NCBI GenBank assembly: GCA_044356295.1
Contig: JBIKWN010000002.1
Location: forward strand, 74,763-138,762
Direction: 5' to 3'
DNA: 64,000 nucleotides
Origin: Bdellovibrionota bacterium
GTDB taxonomy: Bacteria; Bdellovibrionota_C; UBA2361; JBIKWN01
A model generated the notes under the pieces. It was not told the DNA's origin. It saw only the letters and a program-made list of their open reading frames with translations, and made no database searches. Positions 1-10,443 of the stretch are shown here, in pieces. Both the position numbers and the translations under genes were made by a program. Every line of letters starts with the position of its first letter. The first letter of the stretch is position 1.

Positions 1-1
1 T

Positions 2-574
2 GACACATTGTTAACGGAAGTTTTAAAGATGCAATCATACGGAGCAATGGGCGTTGTACTTATGGACTCTGCAGGGGCTCTTCTTCCTGAGGAAGTCACT
101 GCACGTATAAAAACGTTGGTTGAAGGATCGAAAATTTCTATCGGGTTTCATGCCCACAACAACTTAGGCATGGCGATTGCAAATTCAATTGCAGCTGTTT
201 CTGCAGGTGCTACTATACTCGATGGCTGTTCGCGTGGATTTGGAGCTGGGGCTGGCAACGCGCAACTTGAAGTGTTGGTCGCAGTGCTTGAAAAAATGGG
301 ATATCAAACTGGTATTGACCTCTATAAAGTCTTAGACCTCTCTGATCTTGCAGAAAAAACGCTTATGAAAGAGGTTCCAGCTGTGCGGCCGATTAGCATC
401 GTTGGCGGTCTTGCAGGAGTAGTGTCTACATTTAATAAACACGTTGAGCGCATAGCAGAACAATATAGTATTGATGCGAAAGACTTATTTTTTGAATTAG
501 GAAAACGAAAAGTAGTTGCAGGTCAGGAAGATATTATTATTGAAGTCGCACGAACATTAGCAATGGATCATTAA
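2..574 (+). CDS. 4-hydroxy-2-oxovalerate aldolase-like protein (DmpG/HMGL-like), 5' partial
   Basis: Motifs MDSAG, GFHAHNNLG, GAGAGNAQLE and C-terminal GQEDIII of the DmpG communication domain; frame is open at the window edge. Confidence 0.85.
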   Translation, partial: DTLLTEVLKMQSYGAMGVVLMDSAGALLPEEVTARIKTLVEGSKISIGFHAHNNLGMAIANSIAAVSAGATILDGCSRGFGAGAGNAQLEVLVAVLEKMGYQTGIDLYKVLDLSDLAEKTLMKEVPAVRPISIVGGLAGVVSTFNKHVERIAEQYSIDAKDLFFELGKRKVVAGQEDIIIEVARTLAMDH

Positions 575-589
575 GATTTTGGAGAAAAT

Positions 590-1372
590 ATGGAACTAGG
601 ACTAAAAGGTAAAAAAGCAATCGTTACTGGAGGTGCAACTGGGATTGGAAAAGCAATAGCACTTGCGCTTGCCCAAGAAGGAGTGAAAGTTGCAATTACT
701 TCTAGAAAACAAGAAACCCTTGATAAGGCACTTCAAGAATTAGGTGGCAAAGAGCTTGGACATGCAGCATTTCAATGTAATATTACAGATGAAGATGGCC
801 CCACTAAACTTTGTGAAAAAATTATAAGTGACTTTGGAAATCCTGATATAGTTGTTAATAACGTTGGAGATACACTTGGCGTTACCGATCCATATTGCTC
901 TATAGCAGAATGGCGAAAGATATTTCGATTGAATGTTGAAGTTCACGTTGAAATAAATAATTTCTTTATCCCATTTATGCGTTCACAACGATGGGGTCGC
1001 ATTCTTAATATTTCCGCCGGTGCCTCACTAGAAAATAGTGGGCCAGTTCCCTACTGCTCTACCAAAGCTGCATTAACCGCTTATACAAGATCGATGGGGC
1101 GAATTCTTGCTCCAGACGGAGTCGTCATGTCAGTACTCCTTCCAGGAGTTGTCATTACTGAAGATGGTCATTGGGCAAACGTTTTAAAAACCCGCCCAGA
1201 ACACGCTGAAAAATATCTGAAAGAAAGATGCCCTATGGGCAGATTTGGAACTGTTGATGAGATCAGCCCAATGGCAGTATTACTATGTTCTGAACTAGCA
1301 TCATTTTGCGTAGGATCAATTGTTCCAGTCGAAGGTGGACAAGCAAAGCACTTTTTTAATTATTCAGACTGA
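590..1372 (+). CDS. SDR family NAD(P)-dependent oxidoreductase
   Basis: TGGATGIG Rossmann motif, VNNVG, YCSTK catalytic YxxxK. Confidence 0.9.
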   Translation: MELGLKGKKAIVTGGATGIGKAIALALAQEGVKVAITSRKQETLDKALQELGGKELGHAAFQCNITDEDGPTKLCEKIISDFGNPDIVVNNVGDTLGVTDPYCSIAEWRKIFRLNVEVHVEINNFFIPFMRSQRWGRILNISAGASLENSGPVPYCSTKAALTAYTRSMGRILAPDGVVMSVLLPGVVITEDGHWANVLKTRPEHAEKYLKERCPMGRFGTVDEISPMAVLLCSELASFCVGSIVPVEGGQAKHFFNYSD

Positions 1373-3144
1373 TGAAATTAACAGATTTTGTAGCACAAAC
1401 ACTTGGGGATCACGGCGTTAAGCATGTATTTGGACTGACAGGTGGAGCCGTTGTTCATATTTTAGATTCCTTCTCTAAAGACCCACGAATTACAACTATC
1501 TTTCATCACCATGAACAAGCGGCTGCATTCGCTGCAGAAGCAAACGCAAAAGCTACAAATAATTTGGGAGTCTGTGCTGTAACAACAGGTCCAGGAGTTA
1601 CGAATACATTAACTGGTCTCGCGGCTGCTTGGCTTGATTCTGTCCCATGCATTTTCATTTCAGGACAAGCAAGAGTTGCTCACACAACAGTAGGTAAAAA
1701 GATTCGACAACTAGGAACACAACAGCTTGATGTTGTTCCATTGGTAAAACCGATGACAAAGTATGCAGTCATGGTTACCGTGGCCAACAATATAAAATAT
1801 GAATTAACAAAAGCAATTCATATTGCAACCAGTGGTCGTCCTGGTCCGGTTTGGATTGATATCCCTCTTGATCTTCAATGGGCACAGATTGAACCAAATT
1901 TACTGACTGAATTTATTCCTGAAAAGATATCCACTTTCCCTTCAGAGGAACAAATTAATTCAGTCACAGCTCTTTTAGAAGGCGCAGCTCGTCCACTACT
2001 GGTTTTAGGAGCAGGTATCTGGAGAGCAAATGCAACTAAAATAGTGTCAGATCTTCAGTCAAAGCTTCAAATTCCTGTCGTTACTTCTTGGGGGGCTGTT
2101 GATGTAATTCCCCATTCAAATCCACTGTATCTAGGATGTCCGGGTCTTGCAGGAAATAGAGGAGCCAATCTTGCAGTTGCAAATGCTGATCTTATCCTAG
2201 CACTTGGAACTCATCTTTGTATTCCAATGACCGGGACAAGACTTGACCAGTTTGCAACCAATTCAAAAATTATCATCGTTGATATAGATCCCGATGAAAC
2301 TGAAGATCGGGAATTCCCAATTGAATTAAAAATAAACTGCGATGTTGCTTCATTTCTAACAAAACTTACTCAAAAAACTATAACTACTTCAGTAGATCCA
2401 GAGTGGCTATCACTATCAAAAGAGTATAAAAAATTAAATCTTCCTCCTGAACCTGAAAAAGAAATCATCAGCCCTTATGAGCTTGTTGAAGCTGTTTCAA
2501 ATAATGCTCTTGCGGGCGATAACATTGTTGTCGATGGCGGAGGAACCAACGTCTACATCTCTTACCTCACCTTTTCAATCAAAGAAAACCAAAGGTTTAT
2601 TCTTTCCACAGGACTTTGTTCAATGGGATCAGGGTTACCTGAAGCTATTGGCGTATCGATGGGGAAAGACAGAAAAAGAACAATTGTCTTTTGTGGGGAT
2701 GGCAGTTTTCAACTTAATATCCAAGAACTTCAAACGATCAAACATCATAATCTTCCCATAAAGATTTTTATCTCAAATAACGAAGGTTATCTTTCAATTC
2801 GCCAAACACAAGGTGGTTTCCTTGAAGGTAACTATTTAGGGTCATCAAGTGTTGGTGGGCTGACACTTCCTGATTACGAAAAAGTCGTCACTGCTTACGG
2901 AATTCCTTTTATTCGAATAACTAAAAGATGCGATCTCAATCAATCTATCCAGTATGCTATGAACCAAGAAGGTCCCTTTGTCTGTGAAATAATCACTGAT
3001 CCAGATCAAGAATTAATCCCAAGACAAGGATTTGAGCAGCAAAAAGACGGTTCCTTTTCTCCCAGACCCTTAGAAGATATGGCACCTTTTATTGAAAGAG
3101 AACTGTTTGAAAAACTTATGATAGCAAAGAAAGTTCGAAAGTAA
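1372..3144 (+). CDS. Thiamine pyrophosphate-binding protein (acetolactate synthase-like, probably YerE-type carboligase)
   Basis: HHEQAAAFAAE, TTGPGVTN, GRPGPVWIDIP and GDGSFQLN...NN ThDP motif; stop/start overlap with the SDR. Confidence 0.9.
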   Translation: MKLTDFVAQTLGDHGVKHVFGLTGGAVVHILDSFSKDPRITTIFHHHEQAAAFAAEANAKATNNLGVCAVTTGPGVTNTLTGLAAAWLDSVPCIFISGQARVAHTTVGKKIRQLGTQQLDVVPLVKPMTKYAVMVTVANNIKYELTKAIHIATSGRPGPVWIDIPLDLQWAQIEPNLLTEFIPEKISTFPSEEQINSVTALLEGAARPLLVLGAGIWRANATKIVSDLQSKLQIPVVTSWGAVDVIPHSNPLYLGCPGLAGNRGANLAVANADLILALGTHLCIPMTGTRLDQFATNSKIIIVDIDPDETEDREFPIELKINCDVASFLTKLTQKTITTSVDPEWLSLSKEYKKLNLPPEPEKEIISPYELVEAVSNNALAGDNIVVDGGGTNVYISYLTFSIKENQRFILSTGLCSMGSGLPEAIGVSMGKDRKRTIVFCGDGSFQLNIQELQTIKHHNLPIKIFISNNEGYLSIRQTQGGFLEGNYLGSSSVGGLTLPDYEKVVTAYGIPFIRITKRCDLNQSIQYAMNQEGPFVCEIITDPDQELIPRQGFEQQKDGSFSPRPLEDMAPFIERELFEKLMIAKKVRK

Positions 3145-3147
3145 TGT

Positions 3148-3861
3148 ATGGCAGAAATAAATTTAGTTGATAGATATCCTACTTCAAAGCGTCCTATCGA
3201 TGCTCGTGGAAGAATGAAACTTAACAATGGCGCTCGAATTGAGCGTGCAAACTTTGATTCACGTGATGTTATTTTTGAACAAAAATTACTTTCAGCTGTT
3301 CGCTCTTTTGGATGGGAATATTTCGATGGTGATCGCCTCTATGGATATGGGGGCTATAATTATGACCCTAAGTATTGGCAGGGCACTGTAAAGCGCCTCT
3401 ATGACCACTATCAATTAAATAATCAATCTAAAATCCTTGATGTTGGATGTGCAAAAGGTTTTTTACTCTATGACTTTGTTACACTTCATCCTGGTATCAC
3501 CGTTAAAGGGCTCGATATTTCAGAGTATGCAATCTCTAATGCAAAAAACGGGATAAAAGATCATTTATGTATTGGTAACGCCTCTTCACTACCCTTTCCT
3601 GATAATTCATTTGATTTAGTTGTTTCAATTAATACGGTACACAGCCTAGAACGTGAAGCCTGCATTAAAGCAATCAAAGAGATTCAACGTGTTTCAAAGA
3701 AAAATGCATTTATAGTTGTAAATGCCTGGAGAAACGATCTAGAAAAAGAAAAACTTCTAAAATGGAATATTGCAGCGCAAACGTATATGCACGTCGATGA
3801 ATGGAAGCAGCTTTTCCAGGATATTGGATATACAGGTGATTATTACTGGTTCTTCCCTTAA
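3148..3861 (+). CDS. Class I SAM-dependent methyltransferase (paralog MT1)
   Basis: ILDVGCAKG motif I, LPFPDNSFDLV; clear paralog of 11844-12509. Confidence 0.9.
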   Translation: MAEINLVDRYPTSKRPIDARGRMKLNNGARIERANFDSRDVIFEQKLLSAVRSFGWEYFDGDRLYGYGGYNYDPKYWQGTVKRLYDHYQLNNQSKILDVGCAKGFLLYDFVTLHPGITVKGLDISEYAISNAKNGIKDHLCIGNASSLPFPDNSFDLVVSINTVHSLEREACIKAIKEIQRVSKKNAFIVVNAWRNDLEKEKLLKWNIAAQTYMHVDEWKQLFQDIGYTGDYYWFFP

Positions 3862-3980
3862 TAACTACCTGTAATTACTGACTAAATCCCATCTAGCCTC
3901 TTTGTAAGAAAGAAGAAAATTTCACTTACGCTAAAGCATCTTACTTAAGTAAGCAGAATCTCTGGCATTTCGTAAATAGT

Positions 3981-5381
3981 ATGTTCAATATAGAAACTGA
4001 AGCTTGGGATGCTACTCCTGAAGCTGTTCGCAATATCATTATTAAAATAGCCGAGGAGCTCTCTGCTACGTATCACGTACTAGCGAGCGAGCGCGAAAAT
4101 CAATCAAAAATAATTGAGGCGCAAATTGCTGAAAATAGCCACATGATTACTCAATTAAATGAGCAAATCGACATACTCAGGCAACAACATAATGAAGTAC
4201 ATATCTTTACATCAAAGCTTTCATCCGCTATCAAAAGGCACCGCTTCAACAATACAAAAAAAGAAAAACAAATTGTACTTGTCTCCGATAATCCAACGGC
4301 ACGACTTGCAAAAATTGCTTATGGATTAACGCAAGCAGATTGGGATGTAATATTACTTCATAAAAATAAACTTGAATTTGATAAATCTTTCTTCTCAACA
4401 ATCTATCAGTATTCATCTGCAGAAGAGGCAGTGACACTTGCGGCACTTTTTAATCCAGTCACCTATCACGTTTTTTCAAGTTGGAGCTATGAAACAGCGA
4501 TTCAGTTAATAGATGCCAACGTTGGTAAAATTACCTTTGATAACTATGATCAGTTTGGTGGCATGATGCTTCCGAAATGGAAGGACAATGAGTACTACAT
4601 AAAATTAATAGATCAAGAAAAGTATTGCCTGGAAAATGCCACAGGCATTTGTAATAGAGCTTTGAGCCTTCAGCTAGCAAAAAAAGAATTACATTATAAA
4701 ATAACAAAGAAACAGATATTTTTCCCTGACTACTGCTGGGATAAATCATTTGATTTAAAACCGAAACGAACTGACGGAATACATCTAGTCTTTCCGGGTA
4801 CTTTTCCGATAGAGCAGTTCAATGCAAGCCCAAGTCTAGGTATTTTTGATAAAGAATTTATTGAGAGTCTTTCAGCTTGTAATATCCACTATCACCTCTA
4901 TCCACCAATTAGCATGTACGGTGATGAAGAAGGTTTTAAAGCACGATATAAAGATTTTATTGAACTCAGCGAAGTTAATCCTTTTTTTCATATCCACCAA
5001 TTTGTACCACCTGAAGAGCTCATATCAGAGATATCCCAATATCACGTTGGTATATCATCACATTCAACACTCGCATTTCAAATAGGCGATAGCACCTATA
5101 ATCCATCTGCAATGAAGTATTTCTGCGCAAATAAGGCTTTCGACTTTCTTGATGCAGGATTGGATGTAATCTTTGGAGCCTCTAAGTTGATGGAGTGGCT
5201 TCTGAAAAGAAATGTACATTGTCAGGGAGCTTTTTCAAACGAGATTGCAATCCTACTTAAAAATAAGAGTATGAATGATTATACAGGGGATGACTTTAAT
5301 ACAAGAATATCTGAGGGTAGAAAGAAACTATCAGTGAAGAGAAATATCCCAAGACTAATTTCATTTTACGAATCTCTTTAG
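3981..5381 (+). CDS. Putative GT-B (GT4-like) glycosyltransferase, copy 1
   Basis: N-terminal RLAKIAYGL...DVILL strand-helix and C-terminal NKAFDFLDAGLDVI, resembling the GT4 NK.F.Y.A.G.PV motif; similar along its length to 8729-10042 and 10444-11796. Confidence 0.6.
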   Translation: MFNIETEAWDATPEAVRNIIIKIAEELSATYHVLASERENQSKIIEAQIAENSHMITQLNEQIDILRQQHNEVHIFTSKLSSAIKRHRFNNTKKEKQIVLVSDNPTARLAKIAYGLTQADWDVILLHKNKLEFDKSFFSTIYQYSSAEEAVTLAALFNPVTYHVFSSWSYETAIQLIDANVGKITFDNYDQFGGMMLPKWKDNEYYIKLIDQEKYCLENATGICNRALSLQLAKKELHYKITKKQIFFPDYCWDKSFDLKPKRTDGIHLVFPGTFPIEQFNASPSLGIFDKEFIESLSACNIHYHLYPPISMYGDEEGFKARYKDFIELSEVNPFFHIHQFVPPEELISEISQYHVGISSHSTLAFQIGDSTYNPSAMKYFCANKAFDFLDAGLDVIFGASKLMEWLLKRNVHCQGAFSNEIAILLKNKSMNDYTGDDFNTRISEGRKKLSVKRNIPRLISFYESL

Positions 5382-5423
5382 AGTTTTGAATTATTATCTA
5401 GTATTCTTTCCAACAGAAAGGAA

Positions 5424-5481
5424 ATGTGTCCTTACATAAATCTTCTCGATCAATACCCACGCTCTAAAGCCCTATTGAAGA
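5424..5481 (+). pseudogene. N-terminal remnant of methyltransferase MT2
   Basis: ataaatcttctcgatcaatacccacgctctaaa encodes INLLDQYPRSK versus INLLDLYPRSK at the start of 11844-12509; homology then breaks off. Confidence 0.75.
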
Positions 5482-5530
5482 TTTTTGGGTTGTTTTAAAT
5501 GAAATCATTCGATGCTCCTTTCCTAGTATA

Positions 5531-5613
5531 GAATTTCATTGGCGTTTTTATTTTTTCCTACTCTTTCCTCGTTCAAGTATTTGAATTCATTGGAGTTTTT
5601 ATTTTTCATACTC
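5531..5613 (+). repeat. Imperfect ~32-bp direct repeat (x2), oriIS-like
   Basis: gaatttcattggcgtttttattttttcctactc (5531-5563) and gaattcattggagtttttatttttcatactc (5583-5613); a related copy lies at ~8385-8413. Confidence 0.6.
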
Positions 5614-5724
5614 GTTATAGTAACTTTTAATTTGACGCATACTGCAGAGGGTATTTCTTATTGCTCTTTGCTCCCTATTGATTCCATGATAAATCCTAAT
5701 ATCTATTATATTTAGTGAGACTTT

Positions 5725-6702
5725 GTGCAAGAATTTCACCCTCAACTTCTATCCAATCAACATCAAATTTTAAGTAATGTGATTCCTGATGCCGTAATTG
5801 CAGATTGGCGCAACAAAGCGGACGCTGCATACGAATCACTCTATGAGGATTATTTTAGTTCGAATTCCAAAGAGGCCTATTATTACAATAATTTTGGTCA
5901 TACCTCTCCAATTGCACGCCTTGGAGCATGGCGAATGTTTGGTTCTACGATGTTCCGAGAATTGAAAAAAAACTTTTTAACCCCTTTTGGAGTGTCAAGC
6001 GAGCAATATTATTTTATGCCGCTTTTTTATCTACGATTTACTTTTCCTGAATTGTATGACAGCAGTCCAAATCATAAAAATGCTTTTCTTTGTTCACAAC
6101 CTCATTATGATCGAGCATTTGGAATTCATGCCCGTACCTTTTGGGTTCCATTGATGGATGTGAGTGAAGCAACTGGTGGCATCTGTTTCTTCTACGATGA
6201 AGCAACAATCGAGATATTCTCTCCACAAAATGGAAAAAATGCTTACAATTACACGAAGTATCTTGAGCACTATAATAACTTAGATCCAATATTGTCTCCT
6301 GAGTGCCAAGCACCACTTTTTCCTCTTGGTTCGGTTGCGACATTTAACTCGAATATTCTTCATGGCGCAAAAAAAGCAATTGGAGCATGGCGACGATCAT
6401 TCGATTTTCGTATTTTTGACAGACCACAGTTCGAAAAACTTGATGCACGCGTTAAAAAAATAGTCCGGTTGGTTAATTTAGATCCAGATATTTTAACAAT
6501 TTTAAGTTTGGCATATTTTTGTGATGATGCTGGTGTTGAACGTGCATTGGCAGTAAAAGCAAAAAATGAAAGTTCTATATTAATTGAAAAAGCGCTCACT
6601 AAAATTCGTTCAGTACGCCCACTTTTTGATATCTGTAACCCTTCCTCATTGATTCCATATCAATCCGAATATGAATGGGTCGATGCGGTTATAGAACCAT
6701 AA
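5725..6702 (+). CDS. 2OG-Fe(II) oxygenase (PhyH-like)
   Basis: HYD (HxD), FWVPL, distal ILHG and RRSFDFR; GTG start. Confidence 0.75.
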   Translation: MQEFHPQLLSNQHQILSNVIPDAVIADWRNKADAAYESLYEDYFSSNSKEAYYYNNFGHTSPIARLGAWRMFGSTMFRELKKNFLTPFGVSSEQYYFMPLFYLRFTFPELYDSSPNHKNAFLCSQPHYDRAFGIHARTFWVPLMDVSEATGGICFFYDEATIEIFSPQNGKNAYNYTKYLEHYNNLDPILSPECQAPLFPLGSVATFNSNILHGAKKAIGAWRRSFDFRIFDRPQFEKLDARVKKIVRLVNLDPDILTILSLAYFCDDAGVERALAVKAKNESSILIEKALTKIRSVRPLFDICNPSSLIPYQSEYEWVDAVIEP

Positions 6703-6711
6703 GGGCCTACA

Positions 6712-7716
6712 ATGAAAGTATTTACCCCACTTGGATACACTCTTTCAGAAGAGCAGAAGAATGACTGGATTGCACAGACTGATAAATTGACAGAGGCGTT
6801 CTTACAAATACACCCGGTGCACTATCGATTTTTGTTTCGAACTGAAGAATACCGAAAGTTTATCATTACCGACCGAGGAGATATTTCTACCTTTGTAACG
6901 CCGATGTGGCTTGAACATTATCACCAAGCCGAGAAATATTTTTTATCTGAACAATATGACCTTTTCAATGATTCAGCGCTTCAATATGCATTTTTTCTTA
7001 CCGCTGGAGGAGCCTGGTTAAATCAGGAAATTTCTTTTCTGGAATCACGTTGGCCACAAGAAGTTTTGAAATTATTTTTGCGAGAAGATCCTTTTTTTAT
7101 TCCTCGCATCTCTTCATCATATTATCAGACATCAGAAACGCTCGTGAACCATCTGACTCATCTAACGGTGTTTTCAGAAGCATGTCAAAAACCGATTCAA
7201 CAATGGGGTACTACCGTTGAATTTGGAGGCGGGTATGGAAGTATGGCAAGGTTGTTATCACGTATTCAGGGTGGCGCTCCACGAACTCATATAATTATCG
7301 ATCTACCAGTTTTTCTTTTTATTCAAGATTGCTATCTTAAAAACTGTCTAGATGGGTCCTCAGTTAATTTATGTGGAATAGACAGCGAAGAAATCATTCC
7401 TGGTAAAATTAATCTAGTATCGATTGCAGATACCAAGACGCTCCAACGTATAAAAGAACATAATCCCTTTATGTTTATAGCTACTTGGAGCTTAAGTGAG
7501 GCAAATCAAGCTTCCGTTAAACGAATGCACGAGCTAGATTACTTCGAATCCAAATTTATTAGTTTTGGGTATCGCCATTATGAAACAATGAATCCTCGAC
7601 AACCTATGTCACACGCATTAACTGTTCCTCAGTGCTATGAGACTATATGTAAGACGCCAGCTTTTTATGCCGGTGCGGCAGAACACTATTATTGGGTCAA
7701 TGAACGAAAAGCATAA
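6712..7716 (+). CDS. Putative sugar O-methyltransferase
   Basis: VEFGGGYG motif I, IIDLP and FIATWSLSE, typical of sugar O-methyltransferases in glycan loci. Confidence 0.75.
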   Translation: MKVFTPLGYTLSEEQKNDWIAQTDKLTEAFLQIHPVHYRFLFRTEEYRKFIITDRGDISTFVTPMWLEHYHQAEKYFLSEQYDLFNDSALQYAFFLTAGGAWLNQEISFLESRWPQEVLKLFLREDPFFIPRISSSYYQTSETLVNHLTHLTVFSEACQKPIQQWGTTVEFGGGYGSMARLLSRIQGGAPRTHIIIDLPVFLFIQDCYLKNCLDGSSVNLCGIDSEEIIPGKINLVSIADTKTLQRIKEHNPFMFIATWSLSEANQASVKRMHELDYFESKFISFGYRHYETMNPRQPMSHALTVPQCYETICKTPAFYAGAAEHYYWVNERKA

Positions 7717-8083
7717 TCGTAAGAAAAAACTGGTACATGCTGATAGCCCTTAAGTTTTTTTACTGCTTTGCGAAATCATTAGATATAAGTTCCATATACT
7801 AACGAATAGTATTTCATATTATATTTGTAAAAAGTTCTTTTCTTTTTTCGTCATATTCATTTAAACATCCGATCACTTCATCTTTTGGTTTTGCTTTTCG
7901 ACACTGCAATGCTTGCGTTATGCTTTCTCTCCATATAAATGACTTGAGCAACACATGTATTGGTGACGATTGGGCCATATACGCACGTGCAAAAGTATCC
8001 ACTGGAAGTATGATATTGGAGATTTGTGACTACTTCTGGAATAGTTTCTATAAGAGGTAGTGAACGAAAAAAGAATGTTTTCA

Positions 8084-8200
8084 AGCGGTACCGTGAAAAT
8101 CATCGCCTTTGTTCAAGGTCCAAAAGAAGTAAAAAGCATTCTCATATCAGTAGGCCTTCCGGACTTTGAATCCCTGGTGCAGTTGAACACCACAGGGTAG
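8084..8200 (+). mobile_element. Remnant resembling an IS91-family transposase C-terminus
   Basis: Translates SGTVKIIAFVQGPKEVKSILISVGLP, matching the pattern GG.M.IIAFI..P..I.KIL.HLGL recalled for IS91-family C-termini; oriIS-like ...TTTTTCCTACC followed by CTTG about 200 bp downstream. Confidence 0.5.
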
Positions 8201-8415
8201 CTCTATCCAAAAATTCCAAATATGATCCAATGAAGATTCTTCTGGGAAGGATATTGCGGCATTTCGCCCCAGTTAGCCATTGTTCAAGGGACAACTTTAA
8301 CTCTCATTAATCCAATAGCAATGAACTCCGTGCTAATGAGGCTTCGAAAAAAATATGGAGTGGTCTCTTTAAGCGTTCCAAATCAATTCTTTAGGCATCT
8401 ATTTTTCCTACCCTT

Positions 8416-8608
8416 GAGGTTCAACGAGTATCAAAAAAAGATTTATTTATAGTTATAAATGTCTGACCAGACGATCAAGGTAAAGATAAAGGGATATTGT
8501 TCAAGTGGAATATAACTGCTCATACATTTTATGCATGCTGATGAATGGAAACAGCATTTTTTAGGTTATTGGATATACTGGCGATTATTATTGGTTTTTT
8601 CCGACTAA
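8416..8608 (+). pseudogene. Degenerate 3' fragment of methyltransferase MT1
   Basis: Aligns to 3679-3861 (e.g. ggatatactggcgattattattggtttttt vs ggatatacaggtgattattactggttcttc), with a TGG>TGA stop and indels. Confidence 0.85.
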
Positions 8609-8728
8609 CTAGCAGATTTTATTCAAGTAGTTTGAGCTCTTAGTTATTCTAAAAAAAGGAAAATCTTGGCTCTTTCTATGCATCTTATAAGACTTAGTCG
8701 AAGCGTCGTGAATCTTCAAAAAATTACT

Positions 8729-10042
8729 ATGGAATTACAATTAGACATTGAAGAGTGGAATAGGACTCCAGAAGCAGTTAGAAACTTCACAGCAACTATC
8801 CTTAAAGAATTTTCTACTTTATCCCAGGTCATCACAAGTGAGCGTCAAGCTCATGCAAGACTTCTCTGTAATCTACTAAAAATTCTTCCAGAAACAAATA
8901 AAAGAAATCAGATTCCAAATAAGGAGCCAAATAGGCAAGTAGTACTTGTTTCAGACCGCCCCTCTACTCGTCTTGCAAAGATTGCATACGGACTTACTCA
9001 AGCTGGACTGGAAGTTATTCTTTTATACAGAGATGAGCTGGATTTTAATTTTGATTTTTTTTCAGCTCAATATCAATATTCATCACCAGCTGAAGCAGTT
9101 TTATTAGCATCGCTCTTTAGTCCCATTACATTTCATGTTTTTTCAAGCGGAAATTTCGATACAGCTATTCAATTAATAAATGCAAAAGTCGGGAAAATTA
9201 CGTTTGATAACTATGATCAGTTTGGCGGAATGATACTTCCAATACAAGAACAGCAAGTACACATCCAAAAAATGATTCAACAGGAAAAATACTGTCTCGA
9301 GAATGCTGATGCAATTTGTAACCGCGCACTTAGTCTTCAAATAGCAAAGAAGCAACTTAAGTATCAAACCTCAAAGCATCAGATTTTTTTTCCTGAGTAT
9401 TGTTGGGATAAGGCATTTAGGCTGACCCCAAAACTAACAGACGGCATTCATGTTGTTTTTGCTGGAAATTTCTCTGCTAAAGATTTTTATTCAAATCCAA
9501 GCATCGGTATTTTTGATAAAGCATTTATCGAAAGTCTTACTTCAAGAGGTATTCACTACCATCTTTACCCCCCTAAAAGTCCAAATGAAGATGAATATCA
9601 AAGAGAATATAAGGACTATATACAATTAAGTAATACAAATAAGTTTTTTCATTTTCACCGATTTGTTCCACCTGAAGAACTTCTTACTGAAATTTCACAA
9701 TATCACATTGGCATCTCATCTCGCTCTAAACATGCAATCAACTATGGAGATGTTTTCTACAATACTAATGCTATGAAGTATTTTTGTGCGAACAAGGCCT
9801 TTGATTATCTTGATGCAGGCTTAGAGATTATTTTTGGAGGGGCACAATTAATGGAATGGCTCTTAAAACGAAGTGCAGGTTGTCGAGCTTTATGGTCCGA
9901 TGATATTGGCCCTCATCTCGCTCAGAAAGATATAACTCACTTTACCAATGAATCATGTACTAAGAGAATTTCAGACGGGAGAAAAAAACTTTCTATCTCT
10001 TCCCAAATTCCTCGCTTAATTTCATTTTATGAATCGCTATAG
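8729..10042 (+). CDS. Putative GT-B (GT4-like) glycosyltransferase, copy 2
   Basis: Paralog of 3981-5381; the ATG at 8729 aligns with the paralog starts (ORF track extends to TTG 8666); shared end IPRLISFYESL. Confidence 0.6.
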   Translation: MELQLDIEEWNRTPEAVRNFTATILKEFSTLSQVITSERQAHARLLCNLLKILPETNKRNQIPNKEPNRQVVLVSDRPSTRLAKIAYGLTQAGLEVILLYRDELDFNFDFFSAQYQYSSPAEAVLLASLFSPITFHVFSSGNFDTAIQLINAKVGKITFDNYDQFGGMILPIQEQQVHIQKMIQQEKYCLENADAICNRALSLQIAKKQLKYQTSKHQIFFPEYCWDKAFRLTPKLTDGIHVVFAGNFSAKDFYSNPSIGIFDKAFIESLTSRGIHYHLYPPKSPNEDEYQREYKDYIQLSNTNKFFHFHRFVPPEELLTEISQYHIGISSRSKHAINYGDVFYNTNAMKYFCANKAFDYLDAGLEIIFGGAQLMEWLLKRSAGCRALWSDDIGPHLAQKDITHFTNESCTKRISDGRKKLSISSQIPRLISFYESL

Positions 10043-10153
10043 TCTCACTGTAATTATAATCAAGCATTACTAGTATTATTTGTTAATCCGGTAAAGAATG
10101 GCTGAGAAAAAAACTGATTTTTAAATTGCGACACAGACATACACATAGATTGA

Positions 10154-10322
10154 TGTTTTAAAAAAGATTCTTCTATCGTTATAAATGCATAGAGAGATGA
10201 CCACGAGAAAGAAAAACTTCTTCAATAGAACATTGCCGCCCAAACCCATATGCATATAGATGGGTGGGAGCTACTTTTTAAGGATATTGGGTTTAATTGT
10301 GATTTCTACTGATTTTTCCTAG
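10154..10322 (+). pseudogene. Second degenerate 3' fragment of methyltransferase MT1
   Basis: Aligns to the MT1 3' end (gaaaaacttctt, attgccgcccaaacc, ggatattgg); three Trp codons mutated to TAG, TAG and TGA. Confidence 0.85.
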
Positions 10323-10443
10323 TAACTAGCTGATATTATACATTTAATATCCTTATTCTTTACAATCAGAAAGAGGAAGATTTCGGTTTCTTAGTCGCAT
10401 CTTATACATCTGTAGTCTAAATATCCCGAATCTCTGAAATATT

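Noticed and set aside
1372..3144. Calling this gene ilvB
   Set aside because: No small subunit or other ilv genes nearby; the context is a glycan-modification locus.
5531..5613. Direct repeats as a mini CRISPR array
   Set aside because: Only two imperfect copies, a 19-nt gap and no cas genes in the window.
7814..8103. Three short overlapping minus-strand ORFs
   Set aside because: No recognisable motifs or RBS; possibly decayed gene debris but unsupported.
8666..8728. TTG-start N-terminal extension of GT copy 2
   Set aside because: The region is homologous to the non-coding spacers upstream of copies 1 and 3; ATG 8729 fits the paralogs.
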